From Amoebidium appalachense (lineage: Eukaryota > Protista > Ichthyosporea): a stretch of DNA of 64,000 nucleotides. Of this stretch, positions 59,168-64,000 are shown piece by piece. Both the position numbers and the translations under genes were made by a program. The DNA is taken from assembly GCA_963693365.1 (NCBI GenBank), contig CAVNZM010000013.1, positions 3,376,722 through 3,440,721 of the forward strand. The letters are read 5' to 3'. The notes beneath the pieces are model-generated. The model did not search any database. It saw only the letters and a list, made by a program, of their open reading frames with translations, and was not told where the DNA came from. Within the stretch, counting starts at the first letter, position 1. Each line of letters opens with the position of its first letter.

Positions 59168-61965
59168 CGAAGTTCACCGGCAACCAATATCCCCTGCGGT
59201 GTTCCAGAGGGCCATGGCCACGGGTGAACACGGGCGGGTATTGCGCCCCCCCTTCCAACCAACCCTCTTATGCTTCCCCGCCCCAAGCCCCCCTCCCCCT
59301 TAAGTGACTATTATGTATGGCCTCATGACTTGACTTGAAGTCAGGTGCTTGGTGACTTCAAGTCGCTTCGCCACACCCCTGCCGGCGCTGCCAGCCCAGG
59401 CAGGCTGGCCCGGGTCCGGAATTCGGGGAGCTCAAAAACGAGAAAAGCGAAGTTTTGCGCTTGTTTTTGCGTCGACGCCTCAGCACTGTATCATATGCAT
59501 AAGGTCAGTGATATCTACGGTTAGAAAACTTGTGACCGTCCGTCGATCTGGCTGCTGCCCTAGCCATATCTGAGTTCCTACTCGAGCCAGTGTGCGGCAC
59601 CACCATACTTTTGATCATGCGTGATCATACTTTTGCAAAGGATCTTTCAATGCAGAACTAGCAGAAATACGTTTAGATGCGTAAAAAGCTGTGTGCTTGC
59701 GTGCGTGCACGTGCGTGCATGCGTGTGTTTGTGTGCGTGCGTAGGTGCATGTGTGGTTGTGTATGCGAATGTCAAAGGTATTTGTGTGCGTGCATGTTTT
59801 TGTCTATGTTTCTCTCTGTGTGTGTGTGTATGTGTGTGCGTGTTTGCGTGCGTGTGTCGCGGACTGTGTCATCACTATGTGTGTGACGAATTTACACCTT
59901 ATACTCCTTGTCATTCATTTTCCATTCGACTTAAGGTCGCCTCCATATCCGTGTTCATAAAAGTGCAAACAATTGAACGCGGGGAGTGGGGGGGGGGGGG
60001 GGGGGGGGGGGGGAGGAGGGAAGGAGGAGAAGGGGAGTTCACATGAGTGCGATGGAGGCGGACGTGTACGTACATTTTTTAACATTTCCCAAGGTAGAGG
60101 TTATCCAGGATTCGAATCAGCAGTTACACTGTCATAGGATGAGCACTACTGCTTGAGTGACTTGTCTTTACCGATGCAGTCACTGTGTAGGAGATGCATT
60201 GTGTTGAAAATTGAGTGGATTCGCGGAACTCCTGGCACATGCTTTATCAAATTAGAAAAATATGATATCAGATATGAAGTAACCTCACGTAGTCGCTTGC
60301 AGGGTCTCAGTAGTATCCATGGAGGGGCCTTGTCACGTGCACGTGCCTTCTGAATGGCACGGTAAGGAGCAACCTTAACGTACTACGGTGGCCACGGTGA
60401 ATCATTCCCGTGTGACAAGTACAGCTGCCAGGATCGATATCGGACGTTTTGTTAATAAAGTAAACGTATACGTATGTCTGTTATAGCTGCAGTGTTGGAC
60501 AGCTACATATTATCAGCTACCTCTGCCCATGTCTTGGTCAAGCTCAACAAAATGATGCCATTTGGGCGAAAAGCCGGAAGTTCTAGTTTACAAAGTGGTG
60601 CACTCGTAGCCAATCATCAGCAATGTGCTTATGCAAGGTTCAGCGCACCCGCGTTCCGGACCAGTGGCGCCGGGCTCCGAGTCGACAACGAAAGTTTGCG
60701 CTCCTTGAACGCGCGGCGCAGTTGGTGTTTGTGTTTTGACTAGAGTATTTACTTCTTTTACCTTCTGTCTCAAGCTTTTACTGGAACGAGCAAAAAAATT
60801 ACAACTTTTTTAGAGGTTTGCATCTATGGAAGGGCACATCGGAGGTCAGATCTTGCTTGTATGTAGGTTAGAGGTTTCATATTATTGCGGTGTGCTCCCT
60901 CGACTTACCGTAATGGTTTGCGGGGCTAGCTACTTGTATAAATCATCAGAAAACCTCCGTCACAACTTAATTATTTTGCGTGAAAAGGCATCATCAAATG
61001 TGGTCGGTTAGCTCTGTGCAATTTACTGCCCTTTCTCAACACCCTTCGAGGTGATCATAGACACGTTGTGCGAGTTGCCCACTAGAACGTCTGCCGTCAT
61101 GCATATGCCGCCCAGGCTTGCTGACACTTGAACAGGTAGGTTCTGTAGCAGGTCACATCTTTACTCCGTTTGTGTTTTCCTGCTGGTCGGCTTGCAGACA
61201 TAGACTGGCACACACACCGCTTCCAAGTTGCGAATCTGGACCGCATTAGCTGATTGTCATTGTTTTAAAGCTTATCGGTCTACTGTGCACGCATGTGCTT
61301 TTTAGTAACATAAATCAAGAGCTTTTTTTGCACGGCTGTGCCAGCTCACTGGTGCGTGACATTAACGGTGTCCATTGAAACTCAAGGGTACTGAGTATTG
61401 TGCTGTCTTTGTCCAGCTTGGGCTGGTATTCGTTTAACCCGCCCCCACACCCCTACCAGCACCTCAGTTTTTATTGTTTTCCGGATAAGCTTTGGGTGCT
61501 AATATGGGTTTGGGGGGGAGGGGGGGTGGGGGGTGGGAGGGAGGAATGGGGGATGGGAGATGGAAGGGGGTGATGAAGGGGGGCCGGGGAGGGAGTGTTT
61601 CTGGCAGGTGCATATGATTTTGTATGCTTCGTCCTTCCATTCGCCCGTGCCGTACTTCTCTACGCATGACCACCAATATATCACCCACCCTTCCACCCTG
61701 CACTATTACACACGATATGCAGCAACAAGAAAGAAGAAGTCAAAGAGACAACTGTTTACACACACACACCAACACCAGCGAGCGAAAATGCTTGCCAAAA
61801 ACCACTCGCCAAGCAGCGCACATGTACTGACACATGCTTGCATGCATATACACACGCTTTCCCCCCCCCCCCCCCCCCCCCCCCCCTTCCCAACCAGCAC
61901 ATGCTAATGTGACCTCTCTCTGTGCCTACCAACTAATCTACTAATCAACTAGCATACACACACAT

Positions 61966-62035
<70 letters not shown>

Positions 62036-62128
62036 CACGCACACACACACACGCACATATGTACACGCACTTGCACACACATGTGCACCACACACACACA
62101 CAAACAAGCACATGCAGGGTGAGGTATA

Positions 62129-63496
62129 ATGGGTAGCGGTGTAGTTCTGGGGTCCGTCTTGGATGCCCTTGAGGATCCTCTTCTATTAGTCGACCATCAG
62201 GTTTGTGTGTGCTCGTTTTTCTTTTTCTTTTGTTTTTCCATTTCCCATTATTTTCTCTTACTAACCCCCCTCGCATATGTCTTTTTTTTCCTGCTCTTTT
62301 CCTTTTCATGCTTCTCCCTTCCTTCCTTCCTTTCTTTCTTTTTTTTTTTTGTGTGTGTCTGGGGGGAGGGGGGAGAGGGCGGGGGCGGGGGGAGGGGGGG
62401 GGGGGGGGGGGGGAAGAGGCGGGGGAGGCGGGGGGACGGGGGGGAGGGGGGGACATGATGGTTCATGTGTTATCATGCGTGGACTTATGCGAGTAGGCAG
62501 GTGCTTTTGAATCTGTTGACATACTTGGTTTATTCACGTGTGTGTGTGTGTGGGGGGGGGGTCCGTGTGGGTCTGTATGCCTGTGTAGCGCGTGCGCGCG
62601 CGCGTGTGTGTGATTGTTTGTATGTGTGTTTGTGTGCATCTATGCTTAATGAGTGTTAATGTGTTGTGTGTGTTTGTATCGTGTGTGTGTGTGTGTGTGC
62701 GTGTGTCTGTGTGTGTGTGTTTGTGTGTGTGTGTGCCCAGCGTACGTGGCTGTTTGTGTTATAAGGGGATTGTTTTTTCCCTTCTGACAGTGGCTGTGTT
62801 GCAGGGGAAAGTGTACGAGTGCAACCAAGCATCATGTTCTGCTTTGAGTGTGAGCAGGGCCGGTGCTCTTGCAGACTCCCTCACTGCTCTCTCCCCCGGC
62901 ACAGCGGCACTCCTATCTGCACTATACAGAGAAGCCCCACCAATCACCGAGAAGCAAACACGAACGGAGACGGTTGATTGGATGATACCCTCCGGAGGAA
63001 CGACACAGTTTATCACGCGGATATCGAGGGTGAATCAGCATTCTGCGAATGGCAAACAATGTTATGTAATTTCTCTGAAATTCCCCCTTGGAGGGGGACC
63101 AATGGAGCGGAGGGCCTCTGGCAAGGGGGGTTTTGACTCACTCGGGCCTGCATTTGACGCGACAGGGGAACCCCTTTTGGCTCTGACGGACTCGGGTGTA
63201 ATCGTTGCTGCCAACCAACACATTGCCGTACTTCACCGCACCCCACCACCCCCACCGCCCCACCCCCACCATCTCCCCCTCAATAAATCGAGCTAGGGAC
63301 AAAGGGAGGGAGGGATGGAGGGGAAGGAAGATAGAGTGGGAGAGGAAAGAGGGTAGGGAATGAGGGAGGGAGAGGCAGAGGGTAAGGGGGAGGGGGAGAG
63401 GGAAAGGAGAGAGGGGGAGGGGGTGAGGGTGAGAAAAAGGGAGTGTTGGTGGAAGAGTCTGGGGAAGGTCAGGCGGGGGGAGGGAGGGGGGAGGGG

Positions 63497-63533
<37 letters not shown>

Positions 63534-63936
63534 GGAGCAAAAAATGCAAGCAAGAGCGTAGGAGCAAGACGTATGAGAGATAAAACAGCGGACACCTACA
63601 TGTTTAGGTTCCCAGCCTCCGCCGTCCCCGCCCCTCCCCCCCCCCCCCCCCCCCCTTCCTTTCGATTTCCCCCCTCTCTACATCCAATTTGTCCACCCAA
63701 ACTTAAATGCACGTGGACGAGTGTCTACACCGGGGCAAAATCGATATTGGTAAAGGAAAGTGTGATCTTACTCCGTTTTTCTACAGGATGTGTTTGGCCA
63801 TGCGGCGTGGGAGCTAGCAGGCAAGAGTATCGGGATGCTTCTTGCCGGGGGGGAAGAGAGTGAGCAGTTGGGGGCGATGAGGGAGAGCCTGAGGGATGCA
63901 AATGTGGGCCCAGGGGAGGACGTGTTTGCTGAGAGA
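62129..63936 (+). CDS. Tandem PAS-domain sensor protein, 5' part only; exons 62129-62200, 62805-63227, 63787-63936; continues beyond the window
   Basis: Spliced PAS1 start VLDALEDPLLLVDHQ|GKVYECNQA and PAS2 AFDATGEPLLALTDSGVIVAANQHIA|DVFGHAAWELAGKSIGMLL. All junctions are phase-0 GT-AG. An in-frame TGA upstream of the ATG supports the start. Confidence 0.8.
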
Positions 63937-64000
63937 GTGAGTGAAGATATGTGCATCTGTTTGTGTATTGGGTGACTGTCCCTTGGGTAGGAGGGGCTGG

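Overview
Eukaryotic genomic DNA with long spliceosomal introns saturated by (CA)n/(GT)n, (GA)n and G/C homopolymer tracts, which generate most of the ORFs in the six-frame track. Reading GT-AG junctions by hand gives eight protein-coding loci: (1) a 3-exon type-II membrane protein with a lamin-tail domain and a bacterial-type CotH kinase; (2) an NHL-repeat protein with an apparent frameshift; (3) a complete 12-exon NUF2; (4) a 2-exon GLUT-like sugar porter head-to-head with NUF2; (5) a small orphan ORF; (6) a large disordered, probably mitotic protein with an internal repeat; (7) an XBP1/HAC1-type bZIP; (8) the 5' part of a tandem-PAS protein. The standout signal is in the bZIP. It carries two IRE1-type stem-loops (CNG|CNG loops) flanking a 20-nt unconventional intron at 56112-56131, whose removal swaps a hydrophobic tail for an acidic activation domain. 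Also present: decayed non-LTR retrotransposon 3' ends, a fold-back repeat, minisatellites, E2F/CHR/MYB-like promoter clusters, and many splice acceptors abutting (CA)n rather than a polypyrimidine tract. The features would fit a unicellular holozoan or similar protist, but taxonomy is inference only. All family assignments are by motif recognition; no searches were run.
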